Assembly: GCA_964016885.1 (NCBI GenBank)
Contig: OZ024745.1
Coordinates: forward strand, 19,096,001 to 19,160,000
Direction of reading: 5' to 3'
Source of the DNA: Eledone cirrhosa
Taxonomy: Eukaryota
Length of the DNA stretch: 64,000 nt
The notes below the pieces were generated by a model. The model was not told the origin of the DNA, searched no databases, and was given only the letters and a program-made list of their open reading frames with translations. Below are positions 1 through 15,900 of the stretch, piece by piece (within the stretch, counting starts at the first letter, position 1; each line of letters starts with the position of its first letter). The position numbers and the translations under genes were made by a program.

Positions 1-732
1 GCTGTTGTTTCTTTTAACTTTTTCCTGTCTACAAATCTTAGGTTCATAGGTCTCCCACTATCATTGTTCAATTCATCTACCACTAAGTTTAGGATATCAA
101 CCAAATCTTGCCCTAGCCCATCAGCATTCATCTCCTCAGTGACCGTATCTCTGTTCCAGGTATTATTTATCTCAGCATTCAGATCATTGTCTGCTTCGGG
201 TGGTTCCTCCATTCTCTTGACCTCTTCACCTTCATTTCCCACTGGCTCGTTTGCCTGGCATACTCCACCCTCCATCTCCAAGCTAATCTCTCTGCTCAGT
301 TCCTCCAGTTCCAGCTCGCTTATCCACCCATTAGTTCTTATTACCCAAGCCTGCCCGGCCAATTTTTGTTCATCTAATTGAAATAGACCAATCTCGTTCC
401 AGATGTTATGCATCCGTTTCCTATAGCCTTTCTCCTTGGGGTTACTCTTCAGGTAACATTGCATAACAGTTCTATTCAATTCTTTCGTACAGTTGGTTCT
501 GGTCCCTTTCCTTCTTCTTCCTCCAGCAGTATTTGGTTGACAGCCAGGTCCCTGCTGCTGAGCCAGGGAGCACCTGTTGGGTGAGAGTCTGTCACATGAC
601 ATTCTAGTCTCCATTTCACCGTTATTCGAACTGTTTAGGTTCGACATTTAAACACACTTATCGAGGATTGGCAAATGTATGGTTACATAACCACCGGTGA
701 ATTCATCGCCTTCGGTAGTTTTGACACTCCAC
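1..732 (-). mobile_element. 5' end of an R4/Dong-like (RLE) non-LTR retrotransposon, continuing off the window
   Basis: Minus-strand reading from ATG at 647 gives ...TKELNRTVMQCYLKSNPKEKGYRKRMHNIWNEIGLFQLDEQKLAGQAWVIRTNGWISELELEEL..., which resembles the N-terminal domain of R4/Dong ORFs. The 5' end abuts (TAA)n, the known Dong target. The ORF is absent from the track because no stop falls in the window. Confidence 0.7.
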
Positions 733-825
<93 letters not shown>

Positions 826-838
826 ATTATTATTATTT
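733..838. repeat. (TAT)n microsatellite plus poly-T, forming the acceptor tract of exon A
   Basis: Read directly. Confidence 0.95.
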
Positions 839-842
839 CTAG

Positions 843-912
843 TATCGATGTTGAAGTGTCTGTTAGTGATGGAGTTAAATCTGCCAAAGCAATTGTGCAT
901 ATTGAAGTTCTT
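843..912 (+). CDS. Cadherin exon A (IDVEVSVSDGVKSAKAIVHIEVL)
   Basis: tttctAG at 841-842 after a poly-T tract; GTAAGT at 913; ends in phase 0 and joins DVNNHKP of the next exon. Confidence 0.9.
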
Positions 913-944
913 GTAAGTATATTTCACTGAAGAACCGGTTCGTC

Positions 945-3900
945 ATCACACACCATCATCACCATTGCCATCAGTGTCTTCACAATTGTCTTCACCATTG
1001 CCATCAACATCATCACCAATAGCATAACCATAATCATCACCATTATTACCACCACTGTCATCATCATAATCATTGCCGTTGTCATCACTGTTGTCATCAC
1101 CACTGTCATTACTGTTGTCATTACCACTGTCATTACTGTTGTCATTACCACTGTCATTACTGTTGTCATCACTACTGTCATTACTGTTGTCATTAACGCT
1201 GTCATTACTGTTGTCATTACCACTGTCATTACTGTTGTCATCTCCACTGTCATTACTGTTGTCATTACCACTGTCATTATTGTTGTCGTTACCACTGTCA
1301 TTACTGTTGTCATTACTGTTGTCATTACCACTGTCATTACTGTTGTCATTACCACTGTCATTACTGTTGTCATTACCACTGTCATTACTGTTGTCATTAC
1401 CACTGTCATTACTGTTGTCATTACTGTTGTCATTACCACTGTCATTACTGTTGTCATTACCACTGTCATTACCACTGTCATTACTGTTGTCGTTACCACT
1501 GTCATTACTGTTGTCATTACCACTGTCATTACTGTTGTCATTACCACTGTCATTACTGTTGTCATTACCACTGTCATTACTGTTGTCATTACCACTGTCA
1601 TTACTGTTGTCATTACCACTGCCATTACTGTTGTCATCTCCACTGTCATTACTGTTGTCATTACCACTGTCATTACTGTTGTCATCTCCACTGTCATTAC
1701 TGTTGTCATTACTGTTGTCATCTCCACTGTCATTACTGCCATCATCAGTAATGTCATTACTGTTGTCATTACTGTTGTCATCACTACTGTCATTACTGTT
1801 GTCATTACCACTGTCATTACTGTTGTCATTACCACTGTCATTACTGTTGTCATCACCACTGTCGTTACTGTTGCCATTACTGTTGTCATCACTACTGTCA
1901 TTACTGTTGTCATCTCCACTGTCATTACTGTTGTCATTACCACTGTCATTACTGTTGTCATCACTACTGTCATTACTGTTGTCATCACCACTGTCATTAC
2001 TGTTGTCATTACCACTGTCATTACTGTTGTCATCACTACTGTCATTACTGTTGTCATTACCACTGTCATTACTGTTGTCATCACCACTGTCGTTACTGTT
2101 GCCATTACTGTTGTCATTACCCCTGTCATTACTGTTGTCATCTCCACTGTCGTTACTGTTGTCATTACTACTGTCATTACTGTTGTCATCACTACTGTCA
2201 TTACTGTTGTCATTACCACTGTCATTACTGTTGTCATTACCACTGTCATTACCACTGTCATTACTGTTGTCATTACCACTGTCATTACTGTTGTCATCAC
2301 TACTGTCATTACTGTTGTCATTACCACTGTCATTACCACTGTCATTACTGTTGTCATCACTACTGTCATTACTGTTGTCATCACTACTGCCATTACTGTT
2401 GTCATTACCACTGTCATTACTGATGTCATCACTACTGTCATTACTGTTGTCATTAACGCTGTCATTACTGTTGTCATTACCACTGTCATTACTGTTGTCA
2501 TTACCACTGTCATTACTGTTGTCATTACCACTGTCATTACTGCTGTCATCACTACTGTCATTACTGTTGTCATTAACGCTGTCATTACTGTTGTCATTAC
2601 CACTGTCATTACTGTTGTCATTACCACTGTCATTACTGTTGTCATTACCACTGTCATTACTGTTGTCATTACCACTGTCATTACTGTTGTCATCTCGACT
2701 GTCATTACTGTTGTCATTACCACTGTCATTACTGTTGTCATTACCACTGTCATTACTGTTGTCATCACTACTGTCATTACTGTTGTCATTACTGTTGCCA
2801 TTACCACTGTCATTACTGTTGTCATTACCAATGTCATTACTGTTGTCGTTACCACTGTCATTACTGTTGTCGTTACCTCTGTCATTACTGTTGTCATTAC
2901 CACTGTCATTACTGTTGTCATTACCACTGTCATTACTGTTGTCATCTCCACTGTCATTACTGTTGTCATTACCACTGTCATTATTGTTGTCGTTACCACT
3001 GTCATTACTGTTGTCATTACTGTTGTCATTACCACTGTCATTATTGTTGTCATTACCACTGTCATTACCACTGTCATTACTGTTGTCATTACTGTTGTCA
3101 TTACCACGGTCATTACTGTTGTCATTACCACTGTCATTACTGTTGTCATCTCCACTGTCATTACTGTTGTCATTACCACTGTCATTACTGTTGTCATCTC
3201 CACTGTCATTACGGTTGTCATCTCCACTGTCATTACTGTTGTCATTACCACTGTCATTACTGTTGTCATTACCACTGTCATTACTGTTGTCATTACCACT
3301 GTCATTACTGTTGTCATTACCACTGTCATTACTGTTGTCATCTCCACTGTCATTACTGTTGTCATTACCACTGTCATTATTGTTGTCGTTACCACTGTCA
3401 TTACTGTTGTCATTACTGTTGTCATTACCACTGTCATTACTGTTGTCATTACCACTGTCATTACTGTTGTCATTACCACTGTCATTACTGTTGTCATCTC
3501 CACTGTCATTACGGTTGTCATCTCCACTGTCATTACTGTTGTCATTACTGTTGTCATCTCCACTGTCATTACTGCCATCATCAGTAATGTCATTACTGTT
3601 GTCATTACTGTTGTCATCACTACTGTCATTACTGTTGTCATTACCACTGTCATTACTGTTGTCATCACTACTGTCATTACTGTTGTCATTACCACTGTCA
3701 TTACTGTTGTCCTTACCACTGTCATTACTGTTGTCATTACCACTGTCATTACTGTTGTCATCACCACTGTCGTTACTGTTGCAATTACTGTTGTCATCAC
3801 TACTGTCATTACTGTTGTCATTACCACTGTCATTACTGTTGTCATCTCCACTGTCATTACTGTTGTCATTACCACTGTCATTACTGTTGTCATCACTACT

Positions 3901-6900
3901 GTCATTACTGTTGTCATCACCACTGTCATTACTGTTGTCATTACCACTGTCATTACTGTTGTCATCACTACTGTCATTACTGTTGTCATTACCACTGTCA
4001 TTACTGTTGTCATTACCACTGTCATTACTGTTGTCATTACTGTTGTCATTACCCCTGTCATTACTGTTGTCATCTCCACTGTCGTTACTGTTGTCATTAC
4101 TACTGTCATTACTGTTGTCATCACTACTGTCATTACTGTTGTCATTACCACTGTCATTACTGTTGTCATTACCACTGTCATTACCACTGTCATTACTGTT
4201 GTCATTACCACTGTCATTACCACTGTCATTACTGTTGTCATTACCACTGTCATTACCACTGTCATTACTGTTGTCATCACTACTGTCATTACTGTTGTCA
4301 TCACTACTGTCATTACTGTTGTCATCACTACTGCCATTACTGTTGTCATTACCACTGTCATTACTGTTGTCATCACTACTGTCATTACTGTTATTACCAC
4401 TGTCATTGATGTTGTCATCACTGCTGTCATTACTGTTGTCATCACTACTGTCATTACTATTGTCATTACGACTGTCATTACTGTTGTCATTACCACTGTC
4501 ATTACTGTTGTCATCACTACTGTCATTACTGTTGTCATCACTACTGCCATTACTGTTGTCATCACTACTGTCATTACTGTTGTCATTACCACTGTCATTA
4601 CTGTTATCATTACCACTGTCATTACTGTTGTCATCACTACTGTCATTACTGTTGTCATCACTACTGTCATTACTGTTATTACCACTGTCATTACTGCTGT
4701 CATCACTACTGTCATTACTGTTGTCATTAACGCTGTCATTACTGTTGTCATTACCACTGTCATTACTGTTGTCATTACCACTGTCATTACTGTTGTCATT
4801 ACCACTGTCATTACTGTTGTCATTACCACTGTCATTACTGTTGTCATCTCCACTGTCATTACTGTTGTCATTACCACTGTCATTACTGTTGTCATTACCA
4901 CTGTCATTACTGTTGTCATTACCACTGTCATTACTGTTGTCATCACTACTGTCATTACTGTTGTCATCACTACTGTCATTACTGTTGTCATCACTACTGT
5001 CATTACTGTTGTCATTACTGTTGTCATTACCACTGTCATTACTGTTGTCATTACCAATGTCATTACTGTTGTCGTTACCTCTGTCATTACTGTTGTCATT
5101 ACCACTGTCATTACTGTTGTCGTTACCTCTGTCATTACTGTTGTAATTACCACTGTCATTACTGTTGTCATTACCACTGTCATTACTGTTGTCGTTACCA
5201 CTGTCATTACTGTTGTCATCTCCACTATCATTACTGTTGTCATTACCACTGTCATTATTGTTGTCGTTACCACTGTCATTACTGTTGTCATTACTGTTGT
5301 CATTACCACTGTCATTATTGTTGTCATTACCACTGTCATTACCACTGTCATTACTGTTGTCATTACTGTTGTCATTACCACGGTCATTACTGTTGTCATT
5401 ACCACTGTCATTACTGTTGTCATCTCCACTGTCATTACTGTTGTCATTACCACTGTCATTACTGTTGTCATCTCCACTGTCATTACGGTTGTCATCTCCA
5501 CTGTCATTACTGTTGTCATTACCACTGTCATTACCACTGTCATTACTGTTGTCATTACCACTGTCATTACTGTTGTCATCTCCACTGTCATTACTGTTGT
5601 CATTACCACTGTCATTATTGTTGTCGTTACCACTGTCATTACTGTTGTCATTACCACTGTCATTACTGTTGTCATTACCACTGTCATTACCACTGTCATT
5701 ACTGTTGTCGTTACCACTGTCATTACTGTTGTCATTACCACTGTCATTACTGTTGTCATTACCACTGCCATTACTGTTGTCATCTCCACTGTCATTACTG
5801 TTGTCATTACCACTGTCATTACTGTTGTCATCTCCACTGTCATTACGGTTGTCATCTCCACTGTCATTACTGTTGTCATTACTGTTGTCATCTCCACTGT
5901 CATTACTGCCATCATCAGTAATGTCATTACTGTTGTCATTACTGTTGTCATCACTACTGTCATTACTGTTGTCATTACCACTCTCATTACTGTTGTCATC
6001 ACTACTGTCATTACTGTTGTCATTACCACTGTCATTACTGTTGTCCTTACCACTGTCATTACTGTTGTCATTACCACTGTCATTACTGTTGTCATCACCA
6101 CTGTCGTTACTGTTGCCATTACTGTTGTCATCACTACTGTCATTACTGTTGTCATTACCACTGTCATTACTGTTGTCATTACCACTGTCATTACTGTTGT
6201 CATCTCCACTGTCATTACTGTTGTCATTACCACTGTCATTATTGTTGTCGTTACCACTGTCATTACTGTTGTCATTACTGTTGTCATTACGACTGTCATT
6301 ACTGTTGTCATTACCACTGTCATTACTGTTGTCATCACTACTGTCATTACTGTTGTCATCACTACTGCCATTACTGTTGTCATCACTACTGTCATTACTG
6401 TTGTCATTACCACTGTCATTACTGTTATCATTACCACTGTCATTACTGTTGTCATCACTACTGTCATTACTGTTGTCATCACTACTGTCATTACTGTTAT
6501 TACCACTGTCATTACTGCTGTCATCACTACTGTCATTACTGTTGTCATTAACGCTGTCATTACTGTTGTCATTACCACTGTCATTACTGTTGTCATCTCC
6601 ACTGTCATTACTGTTGTCATTACCACTGTCATTACTGTTGTCATTACCACTGTCATTACTGTTGTCATTACCACTGTCATTACTGTTGTCATCACTACTG
6701 TCATTACTGTTGTCATCACTACTGTCATTACTGTTGTCATCACTACTGTCATTACTGTTGTCATTACTGTTGTCATTACCACTGTCATTACTGTTGTCAT
6801 TACCAATGTCATTACTGTTGTCGTTACCACTGTCATTACTGTTGTCGTTACCTCTGTCATTACTGTTGTCATTACCACTGTCATTACTGTTGTCGTTACC

Positions 6901-9900
6901 TCTGTCATTACTGTTGTAATTACCACTGTCATTACTGTTGTCATTACCACTGTCATTACTGTTGTCGTTACCACTGTCATTACTGTTGTCATCTCCACTA
7001 TCATTACTGTTGTCATTACCACTGTCATTATTGTTGTCGTTACCACTGTCATTACTGTTGTCATTACTGTTGTCATTACCACTGTCATTATTGTTGTCAT
7101 TACCACTGTCATTACCACTGTCATTACTGTTGTCATTACTGTTGTCATTACCACGGTCATTACTGTTGTCATTACCACTGTCATTACTGTTGTCATCTCC
7201 ACTGTCATTACTGTTGTCATTACCACTGTCATTACTGTTGTCATCTCCACTGTCATTACGGTTGTCATCTCCACTGTCATTACTGTTGTCATTACCACTG
7301 TCATTACCACTGTCATTACTGTTGTCATTACCACTGTCATTACTGTTGTCATCTCCACTGTCATTACTGTTGTCATTACCACTGTCATTATTGTTGTCGT
7401 TACCACTGTCATTACTGTTGTCATTACCACTGTCATTACTGTTGTCATTACCACTGTCATTACCACTGTCATTACTGTTGTCGTTACCACTGTCATTACT
7501 GTTGTCATTACCACTGTCATTACTGTTGTCATTACCACTGTCATTACTGATGTCATCTCCACTGTCATTACTGTTGTCATTACTGTTGTCATCTCCACTG
7601 TCATTACTGCCATCATCAGTAATGTCATTACTGTTGTCATTACTGTTGTCATCACTACTGTCATTACTGTTGTCATTACCACTGTCATTACTGTTGTCAT
7701 TACTGTTGTCATTACCACTGTCATTACTGTTGTCATCTCGACTGTCATTACTGTTGTCATCACTACTGTCATTACTGTTGTCATTACCACTGTCATTACT
7801 GTTGTCCTTACCACTGTCATTACTGTTGTCATTACCACTGTCATTACTGTTGTCATCACCACTGTCGTTACTGTTGCCATTACTGTTGTCATCACTACTG
7901 TCATTACTGTTGTCATTACCACTGTCATTACTGTTGTCATTACCACTGTCATTACTGTTGTCATTACCACTGTCATTACTGTTGTCATCTCCACTGTCAT
8001 TACTGTTGTCATTACCACTGTCATTATTGTTGTCGTTACCACTGTCATTACTGTTGTCATTACTGTTGTCATTACCACTGTCATTACTGTTGTCATTACC
8101 ACTGTCATTACTGTTGTCGTTACCACTGTCATTACTGTTGTCATTACCACTGTCATTACTGTTGTCATTACCACTGCCATTACTGTTGTCATCTCCACTG
8201 TCATTACTGTTGTCATTACTGTTGTCATCTCCACTGTCATTACGGTTGTCATCTCCACTGTCATTACTGTTGTCATTACTGTTGTCATCTCCACTGTCAT
8301 TACTGCCATCATCAGTAATGTCATTACTGTTGTCATTACTGTTGTCATCACTACTGTCATTACTGTTGTCATCTCCACTGTCATTACTGTTGTCATCACT
8401 ACTGTCATTACTGTTGTCATCACTACTGTCATTACTGTTGTCATCACTACTGTCATTACTGTTGTCATCTCCACTGTCATTACTGTTGTCATTACTGTTG
8501 TCATCTCCACTGTCATTACTGCCATCATCAGTAATGTCATTACTGTTGTCATTACTGTTGTCATCACTACTGTCATTACTGTTGTCATTACCACTGTCAT
8601 TACTGTTGTCATCACTACTGTCATTACTGTTGTCATCACTACTGTCATTACTGTTGTCATCACTACTGTCATTACTGTTGTCATCACCACTGTCATTACT
8701 GTTGTCATTACCACTGTCATTACTGTTGTCATCACTACTGTCATTACTGTTGTCATTACCACTGTTATTACTGTTGTCATCACCACTGTCATTACTGTTG
8801 TCATCTCCACTGTCATTACTGTTGTCATTACCACTGTCATTATTGTTGTCGTTACCACTGTCATTACTGTTGTCATTACTGTTGTCATTACCACTGTCAT
8901 TACTGTTGTCATTACCACTGTCATTACCACTGTCATTACTGTTGTCGTTACCACTGTCATTACTGTTGTCATTACCACTGTCATTACTGTTGTCATCACT
9001 ACTGTCATTACTGTTGTCATCTCCACTGTCATTACGGTTGTCATCTCCACTGTCATTACTGCCATCATCAGTAATGTCATTACTGTTGTCATTACTGTTG
9101 TCATCTCCACTGTCATTACTGCCATCATCAGTAATGTCATTACTGTTGTCATTACTGTTGTCATCACTACTGTCATTACTGTTGTCATTACCACTGTCAT
9201 TACTGTTGTCATCTCCACTGTCATTACTGTTGTCATTACCACTGTCATTACTGTTGTCATCACTACTGTCATTACTGTTGTCATCACCACTGTCATTACT
9301 GTTGTCATTACCACTGTCATTACTGTTGTCATCACTACTGTCATTACTGTTGTCATTACCACTGTCATTACTGTTGTCATTACCACTGTCATTACTGTTG
9401 TCATTACTGTTGTCATTACCCCTGTCATTACTGTTGTCATCTCCACTGTCGTTACTGTTGTCATTACTACTGTCATTACTGTTGTCATCACTACTGTCAT
9501 TACTGTTGTCATTACCACTGTCATTACTGTTGTCATTACCACTGTCATTACCACTGTCATTACTGTTGTCATTACCACTGTCATTACTGTTGTCATCACT
9601 ACTGTCATTACTGTTGTCATCACTACTGTCATTACTGTTGTCATCACTACTGCCATTACTGTTGTCATCACTACTGTCATTACTGTTGTCATCACTACTG
9701 TCATTACCACTGTCATTACTGTTGTCATCACTACTGTCATTACTGTTGTCATTACCACTGTCATTACTGTTGTCATTACCACTGTCATTACTGTTGTCAT
9801 CACTACTGTCATTACTGTTGTCATCACTACTGTCATTACTGTTGTCATCACTACTGTCATTACTGTTGTCATTACTGTTGTCATTACCACTGTCATTACT

Positions 9901-12900
9901 GTTGTCATTACCAATGTCATTACTGTTGTCGTTACCACTGTCATTACTGTTGTCGTTACCTCTGTCATTACTGTTGTCATTACCACTGTCATTACTGTTG
10001 TCGTTACCTCTGTCATTACTGTTGTAATTACCACTGTCATTACTGTTGTCATTACCACTGTCATTACTGTTGTCGTTACCACTGTCATTACTGTTGTCAT
10101 CTCCACTATCATTACTGTTGTCATTACCACTGTCATTATTGTTGTCGTTACCACTGTCATTACTGTTGTCATTACTGTTGTCATTACCACTGTCATTATT
10201 GTTGTCATTACCACTGTCATTACCACTGTCATTACTGTTGTCATTACTGTTGTCATTACCACGGTCATTACTGTTGTCATTACCACTGTCATTACTGTTG
10301 TCATCTCCACTGTCATTACTGTTGTCATTACCACTGTCATTACTGTTGTCATCTCCACTGTCATTACGGTTGTCATCTCCACTGTCATTACTGTTGTCAT
10401 TACCACTGTCATTACCACTGTCATTACTGTTGTCATTACCACTGTCATTACTGTTGTCATCTCCACTGTCATTACTGTTGTCATTACCACTGTCATTATT
10501 GTTGTCGTTACCACTGTCATTACTGTTGTCATTACCACTGTCATTACTGTTGTCATTACCACTGTCATTACCACTGTCATTACTGTTGTCGTTACCACTG
10601 TCATTACTGTTGTCATTACCACTGTCATTACTGTTGTCATTACCACTGCCATTACTGTTGTCATCTCCACTGTCATTACTGTTGTCATTACCACTGTCAT
10701 TACTGTTGTCATCTCCACTGTCATTACGGTTGTCATCTCCACTGTCATTACTGTTGTCATTACTGTTGTCATCTCCACTGTCATTACTGCCATCATCAGT
10801 AATGTCATTACTGTTGTCATTACTGTTGTCATCACTACTGTCATTACTGTTGTCATTACCACTCTCATTACTGTTGTCATCACTACTGTCATTACTGTTG
10901 TCATTACCACTGTCATTACTGTTGTCCTTACCACTGTCATTACTGTTGTCATTACCACTGTCATTACTGTTGTCATCACCACTGTCGTTACTGTTGCCAT
11001 TACTGTTGTCATCACTACTGTCATTACTGTTGTCATTACCACTGTCATTACTGTTGTCATTACCACTGTCATTACTGTTGTCATTACCACTGTCATTACT
11101 GTTGTCATCTCCACTGTCATTACTGTTGTCATTACCACTGTCATTATTGTTGTCGTTACCACTGTCATTACTGTTGTCATTACTGTTGTCATTACCACTG
11201 TCATTACTGTTGTCATTACGACTGTCATTACTGTTGTCATTACCACTGTCATTACTGTTGTCATCACTACTGTCATTACTGTTGTCATCACTACTGCCAT
11301 TACTGTTGTCATCACTACTGTCATTACTGTTGTCATTACCACTGTCATTACTGTTGTCATCACTACTGTCATTACTGTTGTCATCACTACTGTCATTACT
11401 GTTATTACCACTGTCATTACTGCTGTCATCACTACTGTCATTACTGTTGTCATTAACGCTGTCATTACTGTTGTCATTACCACTGTCATTACTGTTGTCA
11501 TCTCCACTGTCATTACTGTTGTCATTACCACTGTCATTACTGTTGTCATTACCACTGTCATTACTGTTGTCATTACCACTGTCATTACTGTTGTCATCAC
11601 TACTGTCATTACTGTTGTCATCACTACTGTCATTACTGTTGTCATCACTACTGTCATTACTGTTGTCATTACCACTGTCATTACTGTTGTCATTACCAAT
11701 GTCATTACTGTTGTCGTTACCACTGTCATTACTGTTGTCGTTACCTCTGTCATTACTGTTGTCATTACCACTGTCATTACTGTTGTCGTTACCTCTGTCA
11801 TTACTGTTGTAATTACCACTGTCATTACTGTTGTCATTACCACTGTCATTACTGTTGTCGTTACCACTGTCATTACTGTTGTCATCTCCACTATCATTAC
11901 TGTTGTCATTACCACTGTCATTATTGTTGTCGTTACCACTGTCATTACTGTTGTCATTACTGTTGTCATTACCACTGTCATTATTGTTGTCATTACCACT
12001 GTCATTACCACTGTCATTACTGTTGTCATTACTGTTGTCATTACCACGGTCATTACTGTTGTCATTACCACTGTCATTACTGTTGTCATCTCCACTGTCA
12101 TTACTGTTGTCATTACCACTGTCATTACTGTTGTCATCTCCACTGTCATTACGGTTGTCATCTCCACTGTCATTACTGTTGTCATTACCACTGTCATTAC
12201 CACTGTCATTACTGTTGTCATTACCACTGTCATTACTGTTGTCATCTCCACTGTCATTACTGTTGTCATTACCACTGTCATTATTGTTGTCGTTACCACT
12301 GTCATTACTGTTGTCATTACCACTGTCATTACTGTTGTCATTACCACTGTCATTACCACTGTCATTACTGTTGTCGTTACCACTGTCATTACTGTTGTCA
12401 TTACCACTGTCATTACTGTTGTCATTACCACTGCCATTACTGTTGTCATCTCCACTGTCATTACTGTTGTCATTACCACTGTCATTACTGTTGTCATCTC
12501 CACTGTCATTACGGTTGTCATCTCCACTGTCATTACTGTTGTCATTACTGTTGTCATCTCCACTGTCATTACTGCCATCATCAGTAATGTCATTACTGTT
12601 GTCATTACTGTTGTCATCACTACTGTCATTACTGTTGTCATTACCACTGTCATTACTGTTGTCATTACTGTTGTCATTACCACTGTCATTACTGTTGTCA
12701 TCTCGACTGTCATTACTGTTGTCATCACTACTGTCATTACTGTTGTCATTACCACTGTCATTACTGTTGTCCTTACCACTGTCATTACTGTTGTCATTAC
12801 CACTGTCATTACTGTTGTCATCACCACTGTCGTTACTGTTGCCATTACTGTTGTCATCACTACTGTCATTACTGTTGTCATTACCACTGTCATTACTGTT

Positions 12901-15900
12901 GTCATTACCACTGTCATTACTGTTGTCATTACCACTGTCATTACTGTTGTCATCTCCACTGTCATTACTGTTGTCATTACCACTGTCATTATTGTTGTCG
13001 TTACCACTGTCATTACTGTTGTCATTACTGTTGTCATTACCACTGTCATTACTGTTGTCATTACCACTGTCATTACTGTTGTCGTTACCACTGTCATTAC
13101 TGTTGTCATTACCACTGTCATTACTGTTGTCATTACCACTGCCATTACTGTTGTCATCTCCACTGTCATTACTGTTGTCATTACTGTTGTCATCTCCACT
13201 GTCATTACTGTTGTCATTACTGTTGTCATCTCCACTGTCATTACTGCCATCATCAGTAATGTCATTACTGTTGTCATTACTGTTGTCATCACTACTGTCA
13301 TTACTGTTGTCATCTCCACTGTCATTACTGTTGTCATTACCACTGTCATTACTGTTGTCATCACTACTGTCATTACTGTTGTCATCACCACTGTCATTAC
13401 TGTTGTCATTACCACTGTCATTACTGTTGTCATCACTACTGTCATTACTGTTGTCATTACCACTGTTATTACTGTTGTCATCACCACTGTCGTTACTGTT
13501 GCCATTACTGTTGTCATTACCACTGTCATTACTGTTGTCATCTCCACTGTCATTACTGTTGTCATTACCACTGTCATTATTGTTGTCGTTACCACTGTCA
13601 TTACTGTTGTCATTACTGTTGTCATTACCACTGTCATTACTGTTGTCATTACCACTGTCATTACCACTGTCATTACTGTTGTCGTTACCACTGTCATTAC
13701 TGTTGTCATTACCACTGTCATTACTGTTGTCATCTCCACTGTCATTACGGTTGTCATCTCCACTGTCATTACTGTTGTCATTACTGTTGTCATCTCCACT
13801 GTCATTACTGCCATCATCAGTAATGTCATTACTGTTGTCATTACTGTTGTCATCACTACTGTCATTACTGTTGTCATTACCACTGTCATTACTGTTGTCA
13901 TCTCCACTGTCATTACTGTTGTCATTACCACTGTCATTACTGTTGTCATCACTACTGTCATTACTGTTGTCATCACCACTGTCATTACTGTTGTCATTAC
14001 CACTGTCATTACTGTTGTCATCACTACTGTCATTACTGTTGTCATTACCACTGTCATTACTGTTGTCATTACCACTGTCATTACTGTTGTCATTACTGTT
14101 GTCATTACCCCTGTCATTACTGTTGTCATCTCCACTGTCGTTACTGTTGTCATTACTACTGTCATTACTGTTGTCATCACTACTGTCATTACTGTTGTCA
14201 TTACCACTGTCATTACTGTTGTCATTACCACTGTCATTACCACTGTCATTACTGTTGTCATTACCACTGTCATTACTGTTGTCATCACTACTGTCATTAC
14301 TGTTGTCATCACTACTGTCATTACTGTTGTCATCACTACTGCCATTACTGTTGTCATTACCACTGTCATTACTGTTGTCATCACTACTGTCATTACTGTT
14401 ATTACCACTGTCATTGATGTTGTCATCACTGCTGTCATTACTGTTGTCATTACACTGTCATTACTGTTGTCATTACCACTGTCATTACTGCTGTCATTAC
14501 CACTGTCATTACTGTTGTCATCACTACTGTCATTACTGTTGTCATCACTACTGTCATTACTGTTGTCATCACTACTGTCATTACTGTTGTCATTACGACT
14601 GTCATTACTGTTGTCATTACCACTGTCATTACTGTTGTCATCACTACTGTCATTACTGTTGTCATCACTACTGCCATTACTGTTGTCATCACTACTGTCA
14701 TTACTGTTGTCATTACCACTGTCATTACTGTTATCATTACCACTGTCATTACTGTTGTCATCACTACTGTCATTACTGTTGTCATCACTACTGTCATTAC
14801 TGTTATTACCACTGTCATTACTGCTGTCATCACTACTGTCATTACTGTTGTCATTAACGCTGTCATTACTGTTGTCATTACCACTGTCATTACTGTTGTC
14901 ATTACCACTGTCATTACTGTTGTCATTACCACTGTCATTACTGTTGTCATTACCACTGTCATTACTGTTGTCATCTCCACTGTCATTACTGTTGTCATTA
15001 CCACTGTCATTACTGTTGTCATTACCACTGTCATTACTGTTGTCATTACCACTGTCATTACTGTTGTCATCACTACTGTCATTACTGTTGTCATCACTAC
15101 TGTCATTACTGTTGTCATCACTACTGTCATTACTGTTGTCATTACTGTTGTCATTACCACTGTCATTACTGTTGTCATTACCAATGTCATTACTGTTGTC
15201 GTTACCACTGTCATTACTGTTGTCGTTACCTCTGTCATTACTGTTGTCATTACCACTGTCATTACTGTTGTCATTACCTCTGTCATTACTGTTGTCATTA
15301 CCACTGTCATTACTGTTGTCATTACCACTGTCATTACTGTTGTCGTTACCACTGTCATTACTGTTGTCATCTCCACTATCATTACTGTTGTCATTACCAC
15401 TGTCATTATTGTTGTCGTTACCACTGTCATTACTGTTGTCATTACTGTTGCCATTACCACTGTCATTATTGTTGTCATTACCACTGTCATTACTGTTGTC
15501 ATTACTGTTGTCATTACCACGGTCATTACTGTTGTCATTACCACTGTCATTACTGTTGTCATCTCCACTGTCATTACTGTTGTCATTACCACTGTCATTA
15601 CTGTTGTCATCTCCACTGTCATTACGGTTGTCATCTCCACTGTCATTACTGTTGTCATTACCACTGTCATTACTGTTGTCATTACCACTGTCATTACTGT
15701 TGTCATTACCACTGTCATTACTGTTGTCATCTCCACTGTCATTACTGTTGTCATTACCACTGTCATTATTGTTGTCGTTACCACTGTCATTACTGTTGTC
15801 ATTACTGTTGTCATTACCACTGTCATTACTGTTGTCATTACCACTGTCATTACCACTGTCATTACTGTTGTCGTTACCACTGTCATTACTGTTGTCATTA

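Noticed and set aside
64-381. 105-aa + strand ORF
   Set aside because: Antisense shadow of the minus-strand R4/Dong-like ORF.
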